Source: an uncultured Nitrospirales bacterium (GTDB lineage Bacteria; Hydrogenedentota; Hydrogenedentia; Hydrogenedentales; Hydrogenedentaceae). Taken from it: DNA of 64,000 nt. The translations under genes and the position numbers were made by a program. The stretch covers positions 29,273 through 93,272 of the forward strand of contig CAZJTZ010000006.1 of the NCBI GenBank assembly GCA_964549105.1, in the 5' to 3' direction. Shown here in pieces: positions 1 to 9,732 of this stretch (position 1 is the first letter of the stretch; each line of letters opens with the position of its first letter). The notes beneath the pieces are model-generated. The model ran no database searches, was not told the origin of the DNA, and was given only the letters and a program-made list of their open reading frames with translations.

Positions 1-1539
1 ATTCAAGAGTTTGCTGAATATTCATTGCAATTTCCATTAATGTTATGGGAATATTATCGCCACTCAGGAGACACCGAATTTTTAAAAACTATGGCAACGG
101 AATGTCTTCCTCAACTATTAAAGTATTTCTCTCAATATGAAAATGAGGACAAACTCCTTACCAGCACAGGCACAAAACCTATTCTAATTGACTGGCCCAA
201 AAATCTGCGGGATAACTTTGATTATGATTATGCACTGAATAAACCAAATTCTGTTGTAAATGCTTTTTATTACGGTGCTATCCAAAAAACTCTTGAAATA
301 CTGAACATTTTAGGAATGGAAGATGTTTCCCTTAAAGAAAAATCGGGAAAAATATTTGAAAGTTATCAAAATACTTTCCTTGACCCTGAAAAGAAATTAT
401 ACAAAGATGCTCTCGGCTCCAATCATTACTCTTTGCATAGTAACGCAATTCCCCTTTTCTTTGGATTAGTCCAGAATGAAGAGGTAAAGCAAAACATTTT
501 TAAATGTATCGAACAAAAAGGTTTGTCCTGTGGGGTATATATTGCCTCTTATGTTATAGAAGCATGCTTTAAGGAAGGAAATCCCAATCTGGGATGGAAA
601 TTGCTGACCAATGATACAGAATCTTCATGGAAAGAAATGCTTCGTCAGGGTGCAACATCCTGTTTAGAAGCATGGAAACCTGAAATGAAAACGAATATGA
701 GTTGGTGCCACGCATGGAGCAGTTGTCCAATCTACCTCATCTCTGAATATGTTTTAGGTTTGAAACCATCAAAACCAGGCTGGCAAGAAATACGATTTGC
801 CCCTGCAAATATTGATAATCTACCAGAAATGCACTTTATAAAACCATTACCCAATGGAGGTTACTGTTCCGTGAATGCGAAAAATAAAAACTATACCCTG
901 ACTACTCCTGAAAATGTCAAAGTAAATACGGAGAGTCAGCAAGGACAAACATTAACCGTTTCTCATTCCGTTTCACATCAAACTCCCCAGGGCCTAACCG
1001 AGCAGGAAAAGGAAGTTTTACAAAAGTATCAATGGGAATCAGAGGTCGGCAAAAATCAAGGTATCTGGGTCTCTGTAAAACAGCAGAAATTATCTGTTAT
1101 TAAGGGAGGGAAAATAATCTGGCAGGCATTATGCTCGACAGCCGAAAAAGGGACAGGAGAGATAAAAGGTTCTGAAAAAACACCCTGTGGCTGGCACTAT
1201 GTAAAAGAAAAAACGGGAGACAATGCACCTTGGGGACAAATATTTAAAAATCGTGAGCCAGCAGGTATCTGGGATAGAAATCAAAAGGTAGAGGACTCTC
1301 TTGTCCTTACACGAATCCTCTGGCTTGATGGATTAGAAAAAGGAAAGAACAAAGGCACTAATACAGAAGGAGAAGTTGTGGATTCTTATCAGCGTTTCAT
1401 TTATATACATGGAACAAATAAGGAAGACTTGATTGGCACACCTGCTACCCACGGTTGTATCTGCTTAACCAACGACAATGTCATTTTCCTATATCACCTT
1501 ACCCCAATTGAGACAAAGGTCCTCATAACCGAGGAATAA
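1..1539 (+). CDS. Partial (5'-truncated at window edge) protein: GH78-like alpha-L-rhamnosidase C-terminal six-hairpin and beta-sandwich region fused to a C-terminal L,D-transpeptidase (YkuD) catalytic domain
   Basis: The reading frame is open from base 1, so the gene continues upstream. Motifs LMLWEYYRHSGDTEFL, IDWPKN and SWCHAWSSCPIYLISEYVLGLKP are typical of Bac_rhamnosid6H. The C-terminus carries YIHGTN...THGCICL, the His/Cys active-site signature of YkuD L,D-transpeptidases. Confidence 0.6.
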   Translation: MQEFAEYSLQFPLMLWEYYRHSGDTEFLKTMATECLPQLLKYFSQYENEDKLLTSTGTKPILIDWPKNLRDNFDYDYALNKPNSVVNAFYYGAIQKTLEILNILGMEDVSLKEKSGKIFESYQNTFLDPEKKLYKDALGSNHYSLHSNAIPLFFGLVQNEEVKQNIFKCIEQKGLSCGVYIASYVIEACFKEGNPNLGWKLLTNDTESSWKEMLRQGATSCLEAWKPEMKTNMSWCHAWSSCPIYLISEYVLGLKPSKPGWQEIRFAPANIDNLPEMHFIKPLPNGGYCSVNAKNKNYTLTTPENVKVNTESQQGQTLTVSHSVSHQTPQGLTEQEKEVLQKYQWESEVGKNQGIWVSVKQQKLSVIKGGKIIWQALCSTAEKGTGEIKGSEKTPCGWHYVKEKTGDNAPWGQIFKNREPAGIWDRNQKVEDSLVLTRILWLDGLEKGKNKGTNTEGEVVDSYQRFIYIHGTNKEDLIGTPATHGCICLTNDNVIFLYHLTPIETKVLITEE

Positions 1540-1692
1540 AACAATATAAAACTATTTTAAAAATTTTATATAGAATAAAGGAGAAGTGATAAAATAAACA
1601 AAATACAGTTTTTATTTTATGTTATAACCTTTATTATATAAATAACTATTTATAAATGGTTTATATTTTATTTAAGGCTTTTATAAAAACCA

Positions 1693-1738
1693 TTATTAAA
1701 CGATTTGCCTAAATCGTTTAATAAGAAAAGTTCTTATT
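1693..1738. promoter_or_regulatory. Two adjacent perfect palindromes in the fic upstream region (14-bp arms ttattaaacgattt/aaatcgtttaataa with a 4-nt spacer, and aataagaa/ttcttatt with a 3-nt spacer); candidate operator or weak terminator
   Basis: Inverted repeats read directly from the sequence, 30-70 bp upstream of the Fic start codon. There is no T-tract, so an operator is favoured over a terminator. Confidence 0.25.
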
Positions 1739-1765
1739 AAAGAAAGTTAAATAAGAAATATTATA

Positions 1766-2929
1766 TTGAAACGAGTTTCCACAGGAAGATATACAATAAA
1801 AACAGTGATGAATGAACAAATCAGGACATTTATCCCTAATCCTTTGCCACCAGAGCCGCCACTTGATTTGTCCTCTGGTAGAGGTCAATTATTGGAACAA
1901 GCAATACTTGCATTAGGAAGACTTGATAGTATTAGCCTTTTATTACCCGAACCTGATATTTTTCTATATTCATATATTCGGCGAGAAGCAGTTATCTCCT
2001 CACAGATAGAGGGGATACAATCTTCACTGTCGGACCTTTTATTATTTGAATTAAATGAATATCCGGGCTCGCCTATTGAAAATGTAACAGAAGTTGCTAA
2101 TTATGTATCGGCTTTGGAACATGGCTTGAAACGATTAAGGGAGGGTTTCCCCTTTTCAAATCGTTTAATTCGTGAAGCACATGAAATTTTATTAGCAAAA
2201 GGTCGAGGTAGTGAAAAGTCCCCAGGTGAATTTAGAACTACTCAAAATTGGATAGGTGGGTCGCGTCCAGGCAATGCACATTTTGTTCCACCACCTCCAG
2301 AGGAAGTTCCAGAATGCATGTCTTCCTTAGAAAAATTTATCCATGATAAAAATATTCCTTATCCCTCTTTGATTAAAGCAGGTTTAGCCCATGTTCAGTT
2401 TGAAACAATACACCCATTTTTAGATGGAAATGGTAGAATAGGAAGATTGCTTATTGCTTTTATCCTGCGCAATGAAGGAATTTTGCAGAAACCTCTTCTT
2501 TATCTAAGTTTATATTTTAAGCAGAATAGAGATGAGTATTACAGACTATTAGATACAGTTCGTCAGGAAGGAGATTGGGAAAGTTGGATAGATTTCTTTC
2601 TCACAGGGGCTATAGACACAGCCAATAATGCGGTAGAAACTGCCCAGCATTTATTAATACTTTTCAAAGAAGATACACAAAAAATTAAATCCATTGGACG
2701 CAAAGCCGATACAGCACTACGAATTTTTAATATTTTTTGTGAACGACCTGTTTTAAATGTAAAGGAAATATGTGAAAAGACAGGGCTAAGTTTTCCTTCA
2801 GCAGGAAAGGGGATAAATAATCTTTTGCGACTTGGGATAACGCGTGAGATTACAGGTAAAAAACGAAACAGAATTTATGTTTATAAGAAATATCTTGACA
2901 TCTTGAATAAGGGGGCAGAACATCTGTAA
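1766..2929 (+). CDS. Fic family protein (AMPylase or related) with N-terminal inhibitory motif and C-terminal winged-helix domain
   Basis: Canonical Fic motif HPFLDGNGRIGRLL. An upstream SSQIEG matches the (S/T)xxxE(G/N) autoinhibitory helix, indicating a class II arrangement. The C-terminal third looks HTH-like. The start may instead be the internal Met at 1808. Confidence 0.85.
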   Translation: MKRVSTGRYTIKTVMNEQIRTFIPNPLPPEPPLDLSSGRGQLLEQAILALGRLDSISLLLPEPDIFLYSYIRREAVISSQIEGIQSSLSDLLLFELNEYPGSPIENVTEVANYVSALEHGLKRLREGFPFSNRLIREAHEILLAKGRGSEKSPGEFRTTQNWIGGSRPGNAHFVPPPPEEVPECMSSLEKFIHDKNIPYPSLIKAGLAHVQFETIHPFLDGNGRIGRLLIAFILRNEGILQKPLLYLSLYFKQNRDEYYRLLDTVRQEGDWESWIDFFLTGAIDTANNAVETAQHLLILFKEDTQKIKSIGRKADTALRIFNIFCERPVLNVKEICEKTGLSFPSAGKGINNLLRLGITREITGKKRNRIYVYKKYLDILNKGAEHL

Positions 2930-2987
2930 CAAAAAACACCTGGTATATAATAACGAGGTAAAATGTTTTTATCCTCCGGACACAACA

Positions 2988-5114
2988 CTATCTTGATTTC
3001 TGACTTTCATTCAATCGAATCTGATACGCCTTTTTATTAATTTTCTGTGCTGATTTTACGATTTCTCTATAAGGGCTATTGGTAACATCTACCAGTCCTA
3101 TATTATAGTTTTCTCCATCAAAATATCTACCTGTGATAGGCTCATCTGCCCATTGGAACCAATGGCAACCTATAAACAAGGGATTCGTTATAACGCTTGT
3201 AACATAATTTACATACTTTTCTGCACGGTCTTTTTGATTTTCACATTGGACTAAGCCAGGGTGAAACATGCCACGGTCCAATGCGCCAAAGTGGAATTCT
3301 CCGATAAGAATGGGTTTTTCTGTAATTTTGAACAAGTCATGTTCTCGGGGGATTTCTTTCCGATATGTATTAAGACTTACTACATCCACATATTTTTGTG
3401 CAGATTTCCATACAAATTTCGGTGGAAATCCCGCAAACCTACAACCCATATATAATTGATTGGGGGCATATTTCTTCACTGCTTGTGCCACAGTTGAGAA
3501 ATACTTATCTGCAAACTTTAATAAATAATCATTTCTATCGTTATTCAGTCCTTCTGTTTCATTCTCAGGTTTTCTTAATTCAGTCCAATCGTTAAAAGAA
3601 GTGTTCCAGGACTGATTTAATGTTTCTATTGTCCCATACTTATCTTTACAGAACTGTATTAATTCCTTTTTACAGGGCTGTTCCAAATCATTATTAATAG
3701 TCCCTTCCCATACACCGTCCCATGAAAGTTCATTGTCTACAAAATAGCCGACACAAAACGGATTTTCTTTATACAACGCTATGTTATTGCTTATACTTTT
3801 TTCAACAACTTCATTAAACTGTGGGTCAAAAACATCATATATTGGTCCCCAATATCCCGGTGCATTTTTTATCCGTGGAGCATTACCAATTCCTAAAAAC
3901 ACAATAAAAGGTATCTCTTTGTCAGCAAAAGCAGGGACCAAACTCCATGCACCTATAGTATTAAATCCCCATGTTTTTAGGCGTGCAATTGACTGTTCAC
4001 TCCACGGCTGTTCCCAATTCTCTCCAAATTGACGAATTATGTTTGCCTTATAAAAACAAAATGTCCGTCCTTCTTCCAAAATATGTCCGAACCAATGTCC
4101 ACCCTTGCCTACATAGCCAAAACAATTCTTAAATTTAGGGTCATTTGCATCTGGCAAGTATTCAAACCAATTTTCTCTTTTCTCAACAAAGGTAAAGTCA
4201 TTAAGTCCTACGCAATCAACACCTATTGACAGAAACAAATGTCCATCCGGAGTTACAAACCACCAATAGCCATTTATTAACTCTGTCCTGAACCAGCCCG
4301 TAGATTTTAATTGAGGACCCTTTTTCCAGCCCCCATATATATCAAAATCCTTTCCAATTATGGATTTCCCTTTTATTTGTGCTAATTCCTTCTTTGCGTT
4401 TTCTACCATTTCTCTTTCAGAATGAGTTTTTCCTTTCCAGTCTGTATGTTTATATTGACCTAACGAATCTACAAAAGGCAAGGTAAAATTGGGCAGGTTA
4501 TACTGTTTATCGAGTTCAATTTTTTGAATTATAAGGTTTGTTGGGGCAGCCGGATGGTCGAGGAAGATTTGAAATCCAACAACCCTCGACAAATCCAAAC
4601 TTTTGCCCTTCGCTTCAACAAAATTTCCGGGAGATTGACGCATTCCCCACAAAGGATGTTTTGAATAAACCCCCAATCTCTTTTTATCCTGAGGGATATA
4701 GAAAGGATAAGAGTGGTTAGGCAATAAAATTGAAAAATAGGTTTCCTTATTCGGTGGTAAATTAAATCCTCCCGTTATGCAATTTTCTTTTCCATCTGCA
4801 CCATCATTATCAATTCGGACATAGACTTGCACCTGTTGTCTTTCTGGATTATAAATTTTCAAATTTAACCAGCAATATTCCGACCAATCCCAATAACCCG
4901 ATTTGGATTTAAAGAATATGTTAGGCCAATCTACCGTATAAAATTTTACCTTTGTTCCTTCTTCCTTCCCTATTTCCATTTTTTTCACATCTACATTGCG
5001 GCATTCAATAGTCCCGATAAACGGACTTCCATCAATAGAAAACTCCGAAATTTCATTACTAAAGCAAAAAAACGAGCAAAGCATTAGCAAACAAAAAAAC
5101 AGTATTTTCTTCAT
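2988..5114 (-). CDS. Secreted glycoside hydrolase, clan GH-A TIM-barrel type (GH5/GH42/GH50-like), with an N-terminal beta-sandwich domain
   Basis: Signal peptide MKKILFFCLLMLCSFFCFS. YFVDNELSW provides an NE(L) acid/base-like motif, ILIGEFHFG a nucleophile-like Glu, and CHWFQWADEP a GH-A-like C-terminal aromatic motif. The family assignment is tentative. Confidence 0.55.
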   Translation of the reverse strand: MKKILFFCLLMLCSFFCFSNEISEFSIDGSPFIGTIECRNVDVKKMEIGKEEGTKVKFYTVDWPNIFFKSKSGYWDWSEYCWLNLKIYNPERQQVQVYVRIDNDGADGKENCITGGFNLPPNKETYFSILLPNHSYPFYIPQDKKRLGVYSKHPLWGMRQSPGNFVEAKGKSLDLSRVVGFQIFLDHPAAPTNLIIQKIELDKQYNLPNFTLPFVDSLGQYKHTDWKGKTHSEREMVENAKKELAQIKGKSIIGKDFDIYGGWKKGPQLKSTGWFRTELINGYWWFVTPDGHLFLSIGVDCVGLNDFTFVEKRENWFEYLPDANDPKFKNCFGYVGKGGHWFGHILEEGRTFCFYKANIIRQFGENWEQPWSEQSIARLKTWGFNTIGAWSLVPAFADKEIPFIVFLGIGNAPRIKNAPGYWGPIYDVFDPQFNEVVEKSISNNIALYKENPFCVGYFVDNELSWDGVWEGTINNDLEQPCKKELIQFCKDKYGTIETLNQSWNTSFNDWTELRKPENETEGLNNDRNDYLLKFADKYFSTVAQAVKKYAPNQLYMGCRFAGFPPKFVWKSAQKYVDVVSLNTYRKEIPREHDLFKITEKPILIGEFHFGALDRGMFHPGLVQCENQKDRAEKYVNYVTSVITNPLFIGCHWFQWADEPITGRYFDGENYNIGLVDVTNSPYREIVKSAQKINKKAYQIRLNESQKSR

Positions 5115-5313
5115 TCCGATTCTCTTATTTAAATTTCAATTACAATACAGATACATATTTCATATAATACTCTTTTATTAACAACTAACATAATTTCTGT
5201 ATAGAACATATTTTTTGTGATATATTTAGGTTACAAACAAGCCATATTAATATTATCATTTTATAAAAATATATTATTATCTCAATTAAAATAAGAAGTA
5301 AAAGGAGGAGGAT

Positions 5314-7017
5314 ATGCCTAATTTAGGACCAGAGGGTAGAAACAAAAAGGTATCTCGTTCAGCACAAAAAGGACCCCAGAAAAATAAAAGAAAGCATCAA
5401 AATACCGCTGAACCCGTTGTTACCTGTAGTAAAGAGATAGAAAAAATAAAACAGAAAGAACTCAACTCATGTAAACAATACCTCGATTTATCCCCTTCTT
5501 TATTCATCCTTTTAGATACCCAAGGAAATATCCAACATCTAAATAAATCCGCAATGGAAACTCTCAAATGTGATTCTTCTGTAATCGGGGAAAATTGGTT
5601 TTCAACCTTTGTAATGCCATCCGACAGAGAAACCTTAAAAAAGTATTTTAAAAAAATAATAACAGAAAAAGACATAACCGATACAGAAGATATTGTGCAT
5701 ATATTAAATTTGCAACATGAAGAAAAGACTCTTATATTAAGGCATGCTCCCCTCTACGATACTGATGAAAAAATTACTGGCTTAATCTATTCTGGCATGG
5801 ACATCACAAATAAAATTCAAACAGAACGAGAACGACAGGTAGTAGAGGAAAAAATTCGCCAAACTCAGCGGTTAGAAAGTGTTGGGATTCTTACGGGTGG
5901 CATGGCACATGATTTTAACAATTTGTTGGTTGGAATTATCGGTAATGCAGATTTAGCCATGACGGAAACACCTCCCGATTCTCCTGCCAATTACTACTTA
6001 AAGGAAATTATTCGCATTTCAAAAGAATTGTCACATTTAACCCAGGAATTACTGACATACGCAGGTAAGGAAAAGACATTCGTTAAACCCATTTCAATAA
6101 CAACATTGATAAAAAACATTGACACCCTCATTGAATCATCTATCTCTAAAAAAATCATTGTTAAATATGATTTAGATGAAAATCTACCTTTGATTAATGC
6201 TGACCCAACCCATATACAACAATTAATTATTAATTTGGTATCCAACGCAGCCGAGGCTATTGGCGAGAAATCGGGTGTTATAACTATTATCACGAAGCAC
6301 ATGTATTGCGACAGTAAATATTGGCAAACCACTTATTTCGGCGAACACTGTAAAGAGGGGGATTATGTCTATTTAGAAATTATTGATAATGGAGCAGGTA
6401 TACCCCAAGAGATTCAGGAACGAATATTCGAACCGTTCTTTACAACCAAACTTACAGGGAGAGGTTTAGGACTTTCCGCTGTAGCAGGAATTGTTCAAGC
6501 CTATCATGGGTCTATTAAAATATACACTGAATTGGGAAAAGGCACCTCTTTCAAAATTTTCTTCCCAACAATAAATGTTAAAACTTCTCATCGCAACACT
6601 ACCTCTTATACACATTACACACAAGAACAACAAAAATCCGAAACCAATAAAAAACAGATACTCGTCGTAGACGATGAAAAATTAGTAAGGGATACAGTAA
6701 AGAATATGCTTGAAATAGGAGGTTATCAAGTTCTTCTGGCTACAAACGGCGAAGAAGCAATTGATACTTATACGAGGAACCAGGACAAAATTGACCTGGT
6801 CATCTTAGATATGAGTATGCCCGTAATGGACGGAGAAGAAACCTTCCGTGAACTGCGTCGAATTAATCCAGAAGTCAAAGTAATTTTAACCAGCGGATAT
6901 AACGAAAAAGATGTGTTAGAACGATTTATTGGTAAAGGACTTACAGGATTTATCCAAAAACCTTTTATTTTATCCGCTTTTCTAGAAATCATTAAGTCTC
7001 TTATTGACAAAAAATAA
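5314..7017 (+). CDS. Cytoplasmic hybrid sensor histidine kinase (PAS - HisKA - HATPase_c - receiver)
   Basis: H-box GGMAHDFNNLL and G-box GRGLGLS. The C-terminal receiver has ILVVDDE...DLVILDMSMPVMDG...KVILTSGY. No TM segments are apparent. Confidence 0.85.
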   Translation: MPNLGPEGRNKKVSRSAQKGPQKNKRKHQNTAEPVVTCSKEIEKIKQKELNSCKQYLDLSPSLFILLDTQGNIQHLNKSAMETLKCDSSVIGENWFSTFVMPSDRETLKKYFKKIITEKDITDTEDIVHILNLQHEEKTLILRHAPLYDTDEKITGLIYSGMDITNKIQTERERQVVEEKIRQTQRLESVGILTGGMAHDFNNLLVGIIGNADLAMTETPPDSPANYYLKEIIRISKELSHLTQELLTYAGKEKTFVKPISITTLIKNIDTLIESSISKKIIVKYDLDENLPLINADPTHIQQLIINLVSNAAEAIGEKSGVITIITKHMYCDSKYWQTTYFGEHCKEGDYVYLEIIDNGAGIPQEIQERIFEPFFTTKLTGRGLGLSAVAGIVQAYHGSIKIYTELGKGTSFKIFFPTINVKTSHRNTTSYTHYTQEQQKSETNKKQILVVDDEKLVRDTVKNMLEIGGYQVLLATNGEEAIDTYTRNQDKIDLVILDMSMPVMDGEETFRELRRINPEVKVILTSGYNEKDVLERFIGKGLTGFIQKPFILSAFLEIIKSLIDKK

Positions 7018-7197
7018 AAAGCATTACTCGCTACCGTAATTATATACTCATACCTTTGTAAAAACTATTTTTCTATCTGTTCATTTGGACTTTTATCCTC
7101 TCAACTCATTATAATACTTCTCATCTTTCTTAAAAATAATTTCTTGTTTAAAACCAATACAGTCAAAAAAACTTTTGATTGCCCTTCATAGTCATAC

Positions 7198-7287
7198 GGA
7201 GAGATGTCCGAGTGGCTTAAGGAGCACGCTTGGAAAGCGTGTGTACGGGGAACCGTACCGAGGGTTCGAATCCCTCTCTCTCCGCCA
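7198..7287 (+). tRNA. tRNA-Ser (anticodon GGA), type II with long variable arm and encoded CCA
   Basis: Cloverleaf read manually: acceptor GGAGAGA/TCTCTCC; anticodon stem CACGC/GCGTG with loop TTGGAAA, giving anticodon GGA; long variable arm; T-arm GAGGG-TTCGAAT-CCCTC; discriminator G followed by CCA. Confidence 0.85.
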
Positions 7288-7504
7288 CTTACCACCACAA
7301 GAATTTTTTTGAAACATGGTAATCCATACTTCAACTTAATTAAAATCTTTTCTTCTCAAAAAAATTAAGGGATAGGCTTTACTCTCAAAATCTTTCTTCT
7401 TATTGACATAAGATAATGAAATTAAAAACATGCTTTCAGATACGAAAACAGAATATAATTTTATTTGTAACTTTTAATAATCAATGATAAAAGGAGAAGG
7501 TTGT

Positions 7505-8677
7505 ATGAGTTTTCAGATGTATGTGCCTACAAGAATTTTATTTGGTGCAGGTCAACTTAATAATTTGGGTACCCAAAAAATGCCCGGGAAAAAGGCACTA
7601 CTCGTAATATCTAATGGAAAGTCTGTCAGAGAAAACGGTGCTCTGTCAAGAACAGAAGAACAACTAAAAAAGGCGGGCGTAGAATTTGTTTTGTTTGATA
7701 AGATTCAAGCAAACCCATTAAAGAGCACGGTAATGGAAGGTGCCACTGTTGCAAGAGAACATAATTGCGACTTTATAGTGGCACTGGGAGGTGGAAGTGT
7801 AATGGACGCCAGCAAGGCAATTGCTATGATGGCAACAAATGATGGCGATTTGTGGGACTATGTAGAAGGCGGAACTGGCAAAAGCCTACCACTTAAAAAT
7901 CTACCTATACCCCTAATTTGTATTACCACAACCGCTGGCACAGGTAGTGAAGTAGACCCTTGGGGAGTTATAACCAAAGAGGAAACAAACGAAAAGATTG
8001 GCGTCGGTGGACATGACTCTTTGTATCCTGTTCTGGCAATTGTTGACCCTGAACTAATGAAGTCTGTGCCTCCTAAATTCACTGCCTATCAAGGTTTCGA
8101 CGCACTGTTTCATAGCACAGAATGCTATATTTCTGCCTATCACAATCTTATGAGCGATATGTATGCCTTAACAGCCATTGAGAATGTTGGAAAATATCTG
8201 CCAAGGGCTGTAAAAAACGGAAAGGATATGGAAGCCCGTGAAGGTGTGGCTTTTGCAAATACGCTTTCTGGCGTTGTAATGACTCTCAGCCTTACTACTG
8301 CGGAACATTCACTCGAACATGCAATGTCTGCTTACCATCAAGAGTTGCCACATGGAGCCGGCTTGATTATTTTATCTAAGGCATTCTATGAATTCTTCAT
8401 CGAAAAGCATGCCTGCGATGACCGTTTTATTCGTATGGCACAAGCACTGGGAATAAAAGATGCACAAAAACCAGAGGATTTTATCACTGCACTTGTAAAA
8501 CTTCAAGAAGATTGTGGTGTTGCTGACTTAAAAATGTCAGATTATGGTATACAGCCTTCCGAATTTGACACTCTGGCGAAAAATGCCCGCGAAACAATGG
8601 GTGGCCTATTTGCAGGCAATCCTTGCGAAATGACTCATGAAGACTGCATAGAGATTTATAAAAAGTCATACAAATAA
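7505..8677 (+). CDS. Iron-containing alcohol dehydrogenase (Fe-ADH family)
   Basis: GGGSVMDASKAIA glycine-rich NAD motif and His-rich metal site (HSTECY...HxxxH). The ATG at 7505 has an AAAGGAGAAGG Shine-Dalgarno 8 nt upstream, so it is preferred over the ORF-track start at 7484. Confidence 0.85.
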   Translation: MSFQMYVPTRILFGAGQLNNLGTQKMPGKKALLVISNGKSVRENGALSRTEEQLKKAGVEFVLFDKIQANPLKSTVMEGATVAREHNCDFIVALGGGSVMDASKAIAMMATNDGDLWDYVEGGTGKSLPLKNLPIPLICITTTAGTGSEVDPWGVITKEETNEKIGVGGHDSLYPVLAIVDPELMKSVPPKFTAYQGFDALFHSTECYISAYHNLMSDMYALTAIENVGKYLPRAVKNGKDMEAREGVAFANTLSGVVMTLSLTTAEHSLEHAMSAYHQELPHGAGLIILSKAFYEFFIEKHACDDRFIRMAQALGIKDAQKPEDFITALVKLQEDCGVADLKMSDYGIQPSEFDTLAKNARETMGGLFAGNPCEMTHEDCIEIYKKSYK

Positions 8678-8848
8678 AATTAGTATAACCTGATTAACGA
8701 AATAGTTCTAAAGGGTTGATAAGGAAAATAAATTAACATTACATAGTGCCGCAGAAGCATATAAACTTTTCTATTTGATACCTAAATATTGATAAGATAA
8801 TATGTGGTTAAATTTATTTTATCTTAAACAGTAGAAAGGACTTTCGTT

Positions 8849-9706
8849 ATGAAAATGGCTTTAAATTCATGGATGGTTTGTGGATTTCAGGGTGAGGTTA
8901 AGATTGAGGACATCCTGAATCAGGTAAAAGAAATGGGTTGGGATGGGATAGAACTCTGCTTCGGTGCAGGTGAACTTACACCTGAAACAACACAGGAAGA
9001 ATTAAAAAAGGTAAAAGATAAAGTGAAATCTGTTGGGTTGGAAATACCCTCATTAGCCACAGGTTTTTATTGGGATTATTCACTAGGTAGTCCGAATGAT
9101 GAGGAGCGGAATAAAGCGATTGAATTTACAAAGGCATATATTCGCACTGCAAACGAATTGGGTGCAGGAGCAGTTCTAGTTTTACCAGGCACGGTAGATG
9201 TTTGTTTTTCACCGAATAGACCCGTAGTGCCAGCAAAAGAAGTCTGGAAATGGGCACAGGATTCCATTAGACAATTAATCCCGTATGCAGAACAAAATCG
9301 GGTTATTATTGCCCTTGAAAATGTTTGGAGTAAATTTCTTACCGGTCCTTTCGAATATAGAAAATTCATTGATGAATTTCAATCTCCATGGGTAAAGGCT
9401 TACTTCGATGCTGGAAATTGTTTGATTCATGGTTATCCCGAACACTGGGCAGAAATCCTTAATAACCAGATAGCACGAATCCACATTAAAAATTTCAAAC
9501 GAAAAAATGGGGGCGGAACATTAGACGATTTTACATCAAGTTTGCTCGAAGGAGATTTGGACTGGAACGCTCTTTTACACTCACTACACAATATTGGTTA
9601 TGACTATTATCTTACCACTGAGGTCATTGTCAGTGAACAAGGAATGCCTGATTTAAATCTTACAAAAAAGGTTGCTTCTGAACTGAAACACATCCTTTCC
9701 AGATAA
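8849..9706 (+). CDS. Sugar phosphate isomerase/epimerase (xylose-isomerase-like TIM barrel, AP_endonuc_2 fold)
   Basis: Family-typical strands LALENVW, YFDAGNCLIHGYPEHW, IHIKNF and metal-ligand pattern. Confidence 0.65.
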   Translation: MKMALNSWMVCGFQGEVKIEDILNQVKEMGWDGIELCFGAGELTPETTQEELKKVKDKVKSVGLEIPSLATGFYWDYSLGSPNDEERNKAIEFTKAYIRTANELGAGAVLVLPGTVDVCFSPNRPVVPAKEVWKWAQDSIRQLIPYAEQNRVIIALENVWSKFLTGPFEYRKFIDEFQSPWVKAYFDAGNCLIHGYPEHWAEILNNQIARIHIKNFKRKNGGGTLDDFTSSLLEGDLDWNALLHSLHNIGYDYYLTTEVIVSEQGMPDLNLTKKVASELKHILSR

Positions 9707-9732
9707 CTTTTACCAATAAAAGGAGATACTTT

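Noticed and set aside
3261-4229. Cluster of short plus-strand ORFs (60-83 aa)
   Set aside because: All are nested antisense within the 708-aa secreted glycoside hydrolase gene.
7101-7334. 77-aa minus-strand ORF
   Set aside because: It overlaps the tRNA-Ser gene on the opposite strand. A tRNA with a clean cloverleaf takes precedence.
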